DNA of 64,000 nucleotides from the human T2T-CHM13v2.0 reference genome, Homo sapiens, in NCBI RefSeq assembly GCF_009914755.1, contig NC_060928.1, one strand, 5' to 3'. Position 1 is the stretch's first letter. Each line of letters begins with the position of its first letter. Below the pieces are notes generated by a model, which ran no database searches, was not told the origin of the DNA, and saw nothing but the letters and a program-made list of their open reading frames with translations. Positions 1 through 12,040 of this stretch are shown here, one piece after another. A program made the position numbers and the translations under genes.

Positions 1-9
1 TATCATATA

Positions 10-608
10 TGTGAAAGGAAAATAACTCTTGGGACCCTAAAATCACTAAGCCGTGAGAAAAGTCAAGCTAACAAGTATGTCAGGCAAACCTGCTTCCCAT
101 TTTATTCTTAAACAAGATTCCTACAAAGATAAGAAGCTACATACCTCCCTCACAATTTGCTCACAGGAAATTCCTTGTGGACAAAGGACAGACAGAACTC
201 AGAGTCATCCCTCTGAGGCTCACCTGAGACAAATGCATATATGATTACTTCCTCTGCCTATTGTTTATGTAAAAATGCAGATTCATGGAGCCAGACTAAA
301 TTGTGTATTCAGTGGAAGGCTGATCAAGGACTCAAAAGAATGCCACCTTTACTTTCTTATCTACTTCTACCCTGGAAGCCCCAACTTTGAGTCGTCCACG
401 CCTTTCCAGATCGAACCAATGTACATGTTACACATATTGATTGATGTCTCATGTTTCCCTAAAATGTATAATAGAAAACTGTACCACCGACCATCCTGGG
501 CAAATGCCATCAGGACCTCCTGAGGCTGTGTCACAGGCACATTCTTTACCTTGGCAAAATAAACTTTCTAAGTTGACTGAGACCTGTCTCAGATATTTTG
601 GATTAACA
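10..608 (+). mobile_element. Solo LTR, MER4A/MER4A1-like (ERV1)
   Basis: TG...CA termini (tgtgaaaggaaaataa...ggattaaca). Internal ctaaaatcactaagcc, gaaattccttgtggacaaaggacagacagaactc and aaaataaactttctaa match the recalled MER4A consensus. Imperfect 4-bp TSD tata/tatg. Confidence 0.8.
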
Positions 609-1044
609 TATGAAACCATTTAGAATTGGCATTTTTACTTGATTTAAATCTTAGAGATTCATCCAAGTTTTAATTTACATCAATGGTTTCTTTAATTCCT
701 GAGTAATATCCCCTGGTATCAGTGTAGTGCATTTTCTTTAGTCATTCACTCATTGAAGGATATCTGTGTTGGTTCCAGTTTTGAGATATAAGCATTCATA
801 TACAGGTTTTTATGTGAACACGTGTTTCCCTTTTTCTGTGATAATATCAAAAGTTAAATTTGTAGATCTTATGGTAGTTTCATGTTTAGGTTTTTAAAAA
901 ACCGTCAAACTGTTTTGCAGAGTGCAGTACCGTTTAATATTCCCACTGGCAATGTTTGAATGACATATTCTCTTCCCATCCTCTTCAAGATTTAATGGTT
1001 TCACTATTCTTTTTTTGTTAAGCTATTCTGATAGTTGTGTGGGG

Positions 1045-1509
1045 TGTCAAATTATGCCTCAGTTCACAGACGTAATGAACTTCCTGTGGTTCAAATGTGA
1101 AAAGCAATATCAAGGAGCTGTGGCAAGGTGAGGGAGTAGCCACACTGTGTCTTTGGCAAATGTTGCAAACCTATTTTTCTCCAACCAAGTCAAAAACAGT
1201 TCCAGAAAACAATGTCAAAGACAATTGCAGCTGGAAATTCCCCAACTCACCACCAACAGACTACCTGCAACCAGCCAATTAAGGGAGACTGGTGATTTGG
1301 CCTTTAAAGGTCTTCTAATCAAGACTCTATCACTCTCCTAACTCTCCCCCTCTTCTTTATGATCTCTAACTCTTCAACCTGCTCCTCCTCAGAGTGCCCT
1401 TTCGTTTTTACACTGAAGGCTTCTTGTCCTCAGTCTGCAATCTGAAGTTTGCTTTGGAAAATAAAGTTCTTCTTTTGTTTCCACTGATTTAATTGGTCTT
1501 TTATTAACA
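1045..1509 (+). mobile_element. Solo ERV LTR (ERV1-like, subfamily not identified)
   Basis: Starts tgtcaaatt, ends ttattaaca, has an aataaa signal at about 1460 and interrupts the L1 sequence. No clean TSD. Confidence 0.55.
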
Positions 1510-1517
1510 AATGGTAT

Positions 1518-2284
1518 TGAAACGGGAGCATCCCCAGACCCCCTCGCAGGACGTGCAACAGGGGTGTGGTGTGGCTCTTCTGTTTGGCCACTGTGCGCTC
1601 CAACCCTTTATGGGAGAAAGAGCACGCAGACGGGCAGGTGCAGGAGCCAGGGCAAGTGCTTTTGGGCTCGGGCACCATGGTAGCATCTAGGGGTGGGTGC
1701 CTGAGGTTCCCAAAGCCCCAGTGGGCATGCTACAGTGCTCTTTTAATTCTGCCACCCACAGATGCCTTAAGCGTCAATCATTTCAGTGCCCCCTTGGGCC
1801 CCAGGTTCTTGTCTGGTGTCCAGGAAAAATCAGATCACACAGACAAATTGAAGGATGGTAAACACGGGGAATTTTACTGCCAGATAGAGGTGGCTCTCAT
1901 TGGGAGGAACGGGGAACTGAAAAGGGATGGAGTAAGATGATCTTCCCCTGGAGTTCCATCATCCCACAGCCAATGTTCCCTCTGATCATCCCCAGCAGAA
2001 CTCCTCTTGATGTTCAGAAGCTCCTTCTCTGCAGCACTGCTCTGCCGCCCTTCTGCTCCTCTGCTCTTGTTTATCTGCCCATGGAGCCTGGGGTTTGGGG
2101 ATTATATGGGTATAGGATAGAAGGGCGTGACAGGCCAAAAGGCAACATTTGGCACAAAAACAGGAATGCCTGTTCCCATTTAGGGCCCTGGGTTTCCAGG
2201 CTTGGGAACGGGACCTTTGCCAGGCAACCGCCCTCTTCTACCTAGTATCTCCCTGCCTTCTCTCTGAAATACTGAAAAAAAACA
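1518..2284 (-). mobile_element. Solo LTR1-family LTR (HUERS-P2)
   Basis: The reverse complement matches recalled LTR1 (ggcagggagatactaggtagaagagggcgg...ggccctaaatgggaacaggcattcctg...cccgtttca). 4-bp TSD gtat at 1514-1517 and 2285-2288. Confidence 0.85.
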
Positions 2285-3040
2285 GTATTTCAGTTTGGTT
2301 TTAATTCACATTCCTCTAATGGTGAAGGATGTTATACATATTTTCATGTGCTTATTTGCCAACTGTGTATTCTCAGTGTAATATGTATTTATATCTTTTT
2401 CCCATTTTTAACTGTAATGACTGTTTTTCACTATTGAGTTTTGAAGTTCTTTATATATTAGTCCTTGTCAGATTTGGTAAATATTTTCTCTCAATTTGCA
2501 CCTTGTCTTTTCATCTTACTTAGAGGATATTTTGCAGAGCAAAAGTTGAAAGTTTTGATGAGGCTCAGCTCACCAATTTTTTATTTTATGAATTATACTT
2601 TTCATGTCAAGTTTAACAACTCCTTTCCTAACTTTGACCCAAAGATTATCTATTATTTCCTTTTTATAGTTTCATATCTTACATTTAAGTCTGTGAACCA
2701 TATTAAATTAATTTTTGTGTGAGGTATAAAGTTTATGCCAATGTTTATTTTCTGGTCTATAGATATCTAATGCTATAGCATTTTTAGTTGAAAGGCTACT
2801 CTTCCACCACTGATTATTTTGCTCAGTGTCAAAGATCAGATAGGCATGTTTGTATGAGTCTATTTTAGGGGATTTTCATTCTCTTTTATTGATATGTTGT
2901 ACCTTTCCCCCTGTTAACACCACACAGTCTTAATTGCTATAGCTATATAAGTTTGGTAGTACTGATGAGTAGTGATTCTTCTAACCTTTGGTCTCCTTTT
3001 TCAAAATTGTAGCTATTGTAATGCTTTTATATTTCTATAA

Positions 3041-3278
3041 TGTTATGGAATATTTCTGTCTTCTCAAAATTCAGGTATTGAAGCCCTAATTTCAAATATG
3101 GTGGTATTTGAAGGTGGAGGTTTTAAGAGATTTTGAGGTTTAGATTAGGTCATGAGAGAGGAGCTCCAAGATGAGGTAGTCTCCTCATAAGAAGAAGAAA
3201 ATGAATCAGAGCTCTTTCTTTCTCTGCCATATGATTACACCGTAAGAGGGAAGCCATCTGCAAGCCAGGAAGAGAGCC
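3041..3278 (+). mobile_element. MLT1A0/MLT1B-like MaLR LTR, 5' part only
   Basis: tgttatgg...aaaattcaggtattgaagccctaa...gccatctgcaagccaggaagagagcc, truncated where the next MaLR begins. Confidence 0.7.
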
Positions 3279-6200
3279 TGCTCTATCTGAATGTATGTGT
3301 TTCTCCAAAATTCATATGTTGGAACTTAAACCCCATGGTGGTGGTATCAAAAGGTGGGGCTTTTGGGTGGTAATTAGGGCATGAGGGCCTAATTATCTCA
3401 TTATTAATGAAATTAATATATTTCAAATAAAACTGGAAGGAAGTAGCTAAGCCCTTTTGCCTTTCTTATTTCCATCATGTGAAGATGCAGCCGTGATGTG
3501 TCATCCTGGAGGGACAGAGTGAATCCTCACCAGACCCTGAATCTATTGATGCCTGGCTATTTGATGTCCCAGCTTCCAGAATGTCAGAAATAAATGTCTA
3601 TTGTTTATAAATTACCCAGTGTGTGGTATTTTGGATAGCAGCACAAATAGACTAAAACAGAAATTGCTACTGAGAAGTGGGGTGTTGCTATAACAAATAC
3701 TGAAATATGTGAAGGTGGCCTGGGGACTGGGTAACTGTCAACTATTAGAAGGTGGAACACAAAGCACTATTCTGGTGTGAGCTCAGAAGAAGAGGAGAGC
3801 TGTAGAGAGAAACTTAATCTTCTTAAAAATAGTGTAAGTGGTCTTGAACAGAATGTTAGTAGAAATATGGACAGTAAAGGCCATTCTGATGAGATTTTAG
3901 ATAGAAATGGGAAACACATCACTGAAAACTGAGAGAAAACTCAGTGGTTATAGAGTGGCTGAATCGTGTTCTTGACCTAGAGCTTTGTGGAAGGTAGAAG
4001 TAAAAATTGATGAACTAGGATATTTGGCAGAAGAAATCTCTAAGCAGTGTTCAGGGTGCTTCATAGGCTTTCTTGATTTATTTTTTGTAGTAAAACAAAA
4101 TAAGACAGAAACAAACTATGGTGGAATTTGTAATCAAGGGGGAAATAGAATGTAAAGATTTGGAAAATTTCCAGCCTGGTCAGATTATAAAGGATAAAAC
4201 CCTGTGTTCAGGAGAGAATGCCAAAGGTGTGGCCAATCAAATGTTTGGTGAGATTAGTATGGCTATCAGGAAGCCAGATGCTATTCATCAAGACAATGGA
4301 AGAATAATTTTCAGATGACAATTCCATCACAGACCCAGAGTGCCAGTAATTTGCAGGCAGAATGTATTCAAAGGAGGGCCTCAGGGTATCCACGGAAACT
4401 TGGGGCTCACTGCCCCATACCACCTCAATCTTCTGTTCCCTTAATTCCCATGCAGCACTACTTGGCCACTCCAGCTGTGGCTTAAGTGGTTCCAGTCGCA
4501 ACTTGGGCCATTGTCCATCCAGAAGTCACAAGTGGTAACCTTTGGCAGCATCTGCATGATGTCAATTCAGCAGGTGCACAGAGTGTAAGAGCTGTGGAGG
4601 CATGGTTACCTTAATCTACATTTCAAAGGAAGCTTTGGAGAGCCTCAGGATCCAGGCAGAGAACTGCCCCAGAGACACAGCCACTGCAAAGATGCCACAC
4701 TAGGGAAATGCCCGGTGGAGGCATACAGTTTGGCCCACCAAAGAGAGCGCCCACTAGGACAATGACCAGCAGAACCACGGGGTTGTGGCCACCCCAGCAA
4801 CCCCTACTAGTGAGGGAGAAGAGAAGGAAAAATCAGTTAGGTAGACAGCTAAGGCTAGTCCTCAGAGAGGCAGCCTGCCTGAAAAATCACAGCTACAGGC
4901 AACTATAGAACAGCCTGGGGAAAACTCAGACTGCACCTGTGACATAAGGATGCAAGGTCCAGCACAGAGGTCTTTCGTTCTTTGTGTGAGTAACAGTCTC
5001 CCAGAAAAAAGTTTTCTCCCCTTTTCAGGCATATACAGGGTGGGTTCTGTAGGAACTTGCACAGGGAAGAGGTGGGGACTTCCCTAAAACAAATCCACAG
5101 TTATACAAACAAGAAAAACTGTGCTTTGCGTGCCCACAACTACATAGGTAAGGGGAGTTAGACAACTTTACAGATAAGAGAACTTACTCAAACAGCTATA
5201 GAGATGAAAGGAGTTTCCTATAAAAGCTTTTCAATTTGACTGTAAAAATGGCTACCAACTCAGGCTCCCCTGTCTTCTGAGGAGAGCTTTTTTCTTTAGC
5301 TTAATAAACTTTTGCTCCAACCTCATCCTTTGCATCCACAGTCCTTAATTTTCTTGGTTGTGAGACAACAAAGCTTGGATAACACTTTAGCCAGTATGGC
5401 CATTGACCTTGACCTGTTTCACTAGGGCATGCTTAATAAGTCCTAGAGACAGAGTTGCCACTGAGACACCAAAACAGTAGAGCCACCAGTGTTCAAAACC
5501 AGCCTGGGAGAGTCACAAGCACTTCAACCTCTGAAAGCTACTGTTTGGGCTACACCCAGTGAAGCCATGGAGGCAGGATCACCTAGGACCTCAGGGGCCC
5601 AAACCCTATCCCAATGTGTCTGGAGGGTGAGACAGGGAGTCAAAGAAGATTTTTCTTCAACCTGAAGATTTAATGTTGGTTGCCTTATTAGATTTTGGAG
5701 TTACTGGGCATCTATCACCCCTTTATTCTTTCCTATTTCTCCCCTTTGAAACAAGGATGTCTATTCTATTCCTGTCCCTCCATCATATTTTGAAAGCACA
5801 TAACTTTTTTTGATTTCATAGACTCATAAATGGAGGGGAAAATTGCCTCAGGATGAATCATACCTTGAGTCTCACCCATATCTGATTTAGATGTTATTAA
5901 GATCAGACTTTGTAATTAGACTTTAAAGTTGATGCTGGAATGAGTAAAGTAATTTGGGGATATTGGAATAGAATGAATGTATGTTGTATGTGAAACAATC
6001 ACAGATTTTATGGGCCAGGGGAACAACATATGTGTTCCTCCAAACTTTCTATGTTGGAACATAAACCACAAGGTGATGGTATTAGTTGGGACCTTTGGGT
6101 GGTTATTGAGTCATAAATGGGGTTAATGCTTTTATAAAGGGATTGGAGGGAACAAACAAGAAACTTTGCCCTTCTACCTTCCACCATGTGAGCACACAGC

Positions 6201-6350
6201 AACAAGTTACCACCTTTGAAGCATTGAGTGAGCTCTCATCAAACACTTAATGTGCCTATGCTTTGATCTTGGACTTCCCAGCCTCCAGAACTGGAGAAAT
6301 AAATTTCTATTGTTTGTAAATTACCGAGTTTCTGGTAATTTGTTATTACC
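3279..6350 (+). mobile_element. Near full-length MLT1A/MSTD-type MaLR (LTR 3279-3659, internal 3660-~6022, LTR ~6023-6350)
   Basis: Two similar LTRs (ccaaaattcatatgttggaac / ccaaactttctatgttggaac; cccagcttccagaa / cccagcctccagaa; aataaat). The internal region starts gaaattgctactgagaagtggggtgttgc, and a PPT-like gggccagggg precedes the 3' LTR. Confidence 0.8.
4811..5421 (+). mobile_element. Solo ERV1 LTR (LTR20/MER50/MER61-like) nested in the MaLR internal region
   Basis: tgagggag...cctgtttca termini, perfect TSD ctag (4807-4810, 5422-5425), TATA-like tataaaag at about 5219 and aataaa at about 5303. Confidence 0.8.
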
Positions 6351-6414
6351 ATGAAGGGACCCAGTAGTTAGTAAGAATTATTCTTGGGAGCGGAGATCTT
6401 TCTCATGTTTAATA

Positions 6415-6736
6415 TCTTTTATTTATTGTTTTATTTTTATTTTTTGAAACAGAGTCTCACTCTGTCACCGAGGCTGGAGTACAGTGGTATGATCTCAGCT
6501 CACTGCAACCTCTGCTGCCCAGGTTCAAGCAATTCTCATGCTTCAGCCTCCCACTAGCTGGGATTACAGGTGAGCACCACCACACCCGGCTTTTTTTTTT
6601 TTTTTTTTTTTTTTTTTGTAGAGATGGGATTTCACCATGTTGGCCAGGCTGGTCTCGAACTCCTGGCCTCAAATGATCTGCCCGCCTTGGCCTCCCAAAT
6701 TGATAGAATTAGAAGTGTGAACCACTGTGCCCAGTC
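6415..6736 (-). mobile_element. AluS (Sz-like) with the middle A-linker expanded to a pure ~27-nt homopolymer
   Basis: Antisense dimeric Alu with a T-run at 6591-6617 and diverged TSD atgttt(a/t). Confidence 0.9.
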
Positions 6737-8359
6737 ATGTTTTTATCTTAGGCAGACAGCATTCAGTTTTTTATTATTATGATATTAGATGTAGGGTTTT
6801 TGAGAAGTTTCTTAACAAGTTAAGGATGTGCGCCACTATCTCCACTTTTCTGAGCATTTTTATCATAAATTTGTGTCAAATTTTGTTATTTTTTTCTGTA
6901 TCAATTGATATGATCATTTGGTTTTACTTCTTAAGCCTGTTGATACTGTAAGTTACATAGATTTCCAAATATTAAAACACCTTTGAATATCTGCAATAAA
7001 TCCCACTTGATGATGGTAAACAATTCATTAAATATATTGCTGGGTTTGATGTGCTGTTGTTAACTTGTTGAAGAATTTTGAGTTTAAATTCATAGACAAT
7101 ATTAATTATTAGTGTTTTTAAAACTATACTTTATGTTTCAGTATCAGGGTAATTCTGATCTTATATAGAGTTTAAAAGTATTCTCTTATTTTATATGTTT
7201 CTGGAAGATATAGTGTAAAATTGGTGTTAATTAGTTTTAAGAAATCTATTAGATTATTGAGTGATTGGAGATTTTAAGCTATAAATTCAAATTCTTTAAG
7301 GTTAATAAGACTTCAGATTATGCATTTTGTCTTTGTGTCACTTTGTGATTGTTGAGGAATGGATCTATACATTCTAAGCTGTTGAATTTATAAGTGCAAG
7401 GTTTTTTTCTAGTATTGTAGTATTACCCTTTAACAGCTACAGGATCCTTATGATATATATTATCCACTTTCAATTCTGGTATTGGTGATTTGCTTCTTTA
7501 CCCTTTTTATTTATTGTTCTCTTGCCAAACATTTATCAATTTTATTGATTTTTTTGGGGAAACAGACTTATTTCCCTGCTTTTCTCTATGTTTAACTGTT
7601 TCCAAATTCATTGATTTCCGTTCTTGTCTTTTTTATTTCTTTTTTCTGCTTGCTTTGAGAGCACTTTGCTTTGCTTTCCTCATTTCTTGAGCTAGGGTTT
7701 TGATTATTTATGTTAGACATTTTTATTCCTAATTAAGTGTTTTGTGTTATAAATAACCTTCTCAGCACAGTTCAGATGCATTGCACATATGCTACACATT
7801 GTATTTAACTTTCATTCAGTTCGATATGCTTTTATTTACTTAAAATATTCTTTTTGTCTCATTTTATTAATAAACGTTTTATACAATTTCCAAGTAATTT
7901 GAGACATTCTTTTATCTTTCCGTAATTGATCTTCTGCTTGATTTTGTTACGGTCATAGAACATACTCTATGTGTACTCCATTATTTTGAGTATGTTTATG
8001 TTTATTGTAAGGGCTGTCATTTAGAACCCATTGGTTGATTGGATTCAGATAACGCTGTTGATTTTCTCTCTATCACTTCTATCAGTTGCTGAGAGAAGGA
8101 CAATGATGCTCCCAGTAGTAACTGTGGAAAAGTCTATGCTCCTTTCAGCTTCACATATTTTGAGGCTCTGCTATTTGGGGAATATTCATTTAGAATTACT
8201 GTTTTTTGGTGAATTCACCCTTTTATCACAATGTAATGTCCATCTTTGCATCTAGTAATTTTCTTTGCTCTTAGTTTACTTTATCTTGCATTATTATACC
8301 CATGCCTTCTTATATAAATTAATGTTTGCATGGTCAATATATTTTCATTATTTTACTTC

Positions 8360-8670
8360 CTTTTTATTATTATTATTATTACTATTTTGAGACAGAGTCT
8401 CGCTCTGTCTCCTAGGCTGGAGTTTCATTGCATGATCTTGGCACACTGCAACCTCCACCTCTTGAGTTCAAACAATTCTCATGCCTCAGCCTCCCAACGA
8501 ACTAGGATTACAGGTGCACACCACCATGCCCAGCTAATTTTTGTGTTTTTAGTAGAGACAGGGTTTCTCCATGTTGGCCAGGCTGGTCTCAAACTCCTGA
8601 CCTCAAGTGATCCACCAGCCTTGGCCTCCCAAAGTGCTGGGATTACAGGTATGAGCCACTGTGCCTGGTC
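8360..8670 (-). mobile_element. AluS (Sz-like) with (TTA)n tail
   Basis: Full antisense Alu containing cctcaagtgatcc. TSD-like cattattttactt / cattctttttactt. Confidence 0.9.
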
Positions 8671-9045
8671 CCATTCTTTTACTTTCAGATTACCTATGTC
8701 ATTGAATTTGAAGTAAGTTTCTGGGAAACAGTTTTGTTGCTGGGTCATTTAGAAAAAAAAATCTCTGCAAATATTTGTCTTACTGGTATAATATTTATAT
8801 TTTCACATTTTAGATAATTGTGGTAAGTTACAGCTCAAGTCTGTCATTTTGTTTGGGTTTTGTTTTCCCTATGTCCAGTAGATAGTGATAAGTCACATAT
8901 TTTAATATCCAGAGAGAATCACTAATAAAGGTATGTAAGTTATATTCCCTAAAAATCATTAATGAAGATGAATTCTTAAAAATGTCTCATTAACTCACAG
9001 AAAGGCAATAAAAATGAAACAGAAGAATGAGGAAAATGTGATGAA

Positions 9046-10146
<1,101 letters not shown>

Positions 10147-10149
10147 AAA

Positions 10150-10932
10150 ATAATACCTTACCTCTGCGGTCTTCCACCAAAAATGTATCCCTTCATTCTA
10201 ATCATGAGAAACACTTCAGACAAATCCTAACTGAAGAAATTTCTGCAAAATACCTAACCAGTACGCCTCAAAACTATGAAGGTCTTTAAAGAATAAAAAG
10301 GAAAAGTCAAAAAGTTGTCACAACCAACAAAAGCCTAAGGTGATATAATGAGTAAATATAATGTGGTATCTCGGATGAGATCTTGGAACAGAAAAAGACA
10401 TCAAATAAGCATCAAATAAGGAAATCTGAATAAATTATACACTTTACTTGATAATAATTTATGGATAAGATTTCATTAATTGCCAGGCACAATGGCTCAT
10501 GTCTGTGGTCCCAACACTTTTTGAGGCCAAGTAGGGCAGATTTCTTGAGCCCAGGAGTGTGAGGCCAGCCTGGGCAACATGGTGAAACCCCATGTCTACA
10601 AACATACAAAAATTAGCTGGGCATGGTGGCACATGCCTATGGTCCCAGCTACTTGGGAGGCTGAGTTTAGAGGGTCATTTGAGACGGGGAAGTAGGAGCT
10701 GCAATGAGCTGAGATCATACCACTGCACTCCAGGCCGTGTGACAGTCTGAGTCCTTGTCTAAAAGAAAAAAAAACAAAAACAAAAACAAAAGAATGCATT
10801 AATTCTGCCATAAAAATGTAAGATATTAATGCTTGAAGAAACTGGGTGCTGGGTATATGGAATCTTTGTGTACTACCATAAAACTTTTTCTGTAAATATA
10901 AAAATGTTCTGAAAATAAACTTTAAAGAAATT
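10150..10932 (+). mobile_element. L1MC (L1MC4/5-like) 3' UTR, split by AluJ
   Basis: ctaatcatgagaaacacttcagacaaatcc...ggaacagaaaaagacat...gggtatatggaatctttgtgtactacc...aaaataaac. Confidence 0.7.
10481..10790 (+). mobile_element. AluJ
   Basis: Diverged Alu with the J feature ttgagcccaggag, an (AAAAC)-type tail and TSD core cattaatt. Confidence 0.88.
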
Positions 10933-10944
10933 TTTAAAAGTTTC

Positions 10945-11290
10945 TTTTGATTGTAATATGGAGAATGAATTACAGCATGTATAGGGTGGAGACAGGAATT
11001 AGCATGCTGTTGCAGTAATTCATGTGGCAGATGATATGACCTTTCCCAGAAAAATGTCAGTAAGGATGAAGGGCTGTTAAACATTTTTCAAAAACATTTA
11101 GGAATTAGAGTAAAAATGACTAATTATTGACCTGGGTATAATAGCACAATGTCAAGGAGGCGAGGATTATATAAGTTTCGGTGACAACAAGTAGTGATAA
11201 CATCACTGGATATATAAAACAGGAAGAGAATTACTGGGAGAGGAACATGAAATGAGTTAGGTTTTAGACAGTTTCCTAGTTTTCATGTAC
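10945..11290 (-). mobile_element. L2 fragment
   Basis: ggagacaggaattagcatgctgttgcagtaattcatgtggcagatgat resembles antisense L2. Confidence 0.45.
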
Positions 11291-11824
11291 ATATATATAT
11301 ATAAATAATAAATGAGGTCTTATGAATCTTCCACATGATTTAAGAAGTAAGTGCATTCAAACATTTTTCTTAACATTAGGCAAGTTAAGCTGAAAAACAA
11401 ATTAGTGTACTTGGCCAAGGTCTTTGGATTTGTAATGTGTTTACACTAGATTTACCTCTGTCATGAACACAGACTCAAATGATAAAAATTTTTCAAAACT
11501 GTTTTTCTCTGTTGAGATGCCTGGCATCAATTGTCTTCCCATTTAAATATACATACATGGTTTCAATTTTTGAAACTTTCAGATAATAAAATAAAAATAA
11601 TGCAAATGGGATATAATTTTTTAAATTGAGTCTTGCAGACACTGTTTATATTTATTATGGGCTTTATGTGAGACGAAAATAATAAATGATTAAAGTGACA
11701 ATTGTCTTCCACCTTCCCTCTAGTTTAAGGTGGATAAATCCTGAACTGGAAATAAAACAAATACCTACCTCCAGTAATATAAGGCTGCACACCCCTTGCT
11801 ACAAAAAATTTGATTTATTTTTTA

Positions 11825-11955
11825 GAATCTTATTTATTGGTACATAATATATGTACATGTTTTAGGGGTATATGTGATCATTTGATATATTCATATAATG
11901 TGATCAAGTCACGGTAATTGAGATATCCATCACCTGAAATATTTGTGTCTTATAA
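11825..11955 (-). mobile_element. L1MA-type 3' end fragment
   Basis: tttattggtacataatatatgtacatgttttaggggtatatgtgat...ggtaattgagatatccatcacctgaaat. Confidence 0.65.
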
Positions 11956-12010
11956 ATGCTTGTTATAAACAGAAAAATAGCTAATATTTCAGTACATTTT
12001 TTTAAATTGC

Positions 12011-12040
12011 CACACACACACACACACATACACATACACA
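12011..12040. repeat. (CA)n microsatellite, imperfect
   Basis: cacacacacacacacacatacacatacaca. Confidence 0.9.

Larger units (their letters stand above)
609..8880 (-). mobile_element. Ancient L1M (3' UTR to ORF2), fragmented scaffold interrupted by many younger insertions
   Basis: T-rich antisense L1 text at about 609-1044, 2285-3040, 6360-6420, 6736-8350 and 8671-8880 (e.g. ttggttttaattcacattcctctaatg, tctgtatcaattgatatgatcatttgg) resumes collinearly after the insertions. Confidence 0.75.

Noticed and set aside
1566-2245. ORFs of 124 and 102 aa in a GC-richer patch
   Set aside because: They lie wholly inside an antisense LTR1 and are chance ORFs.
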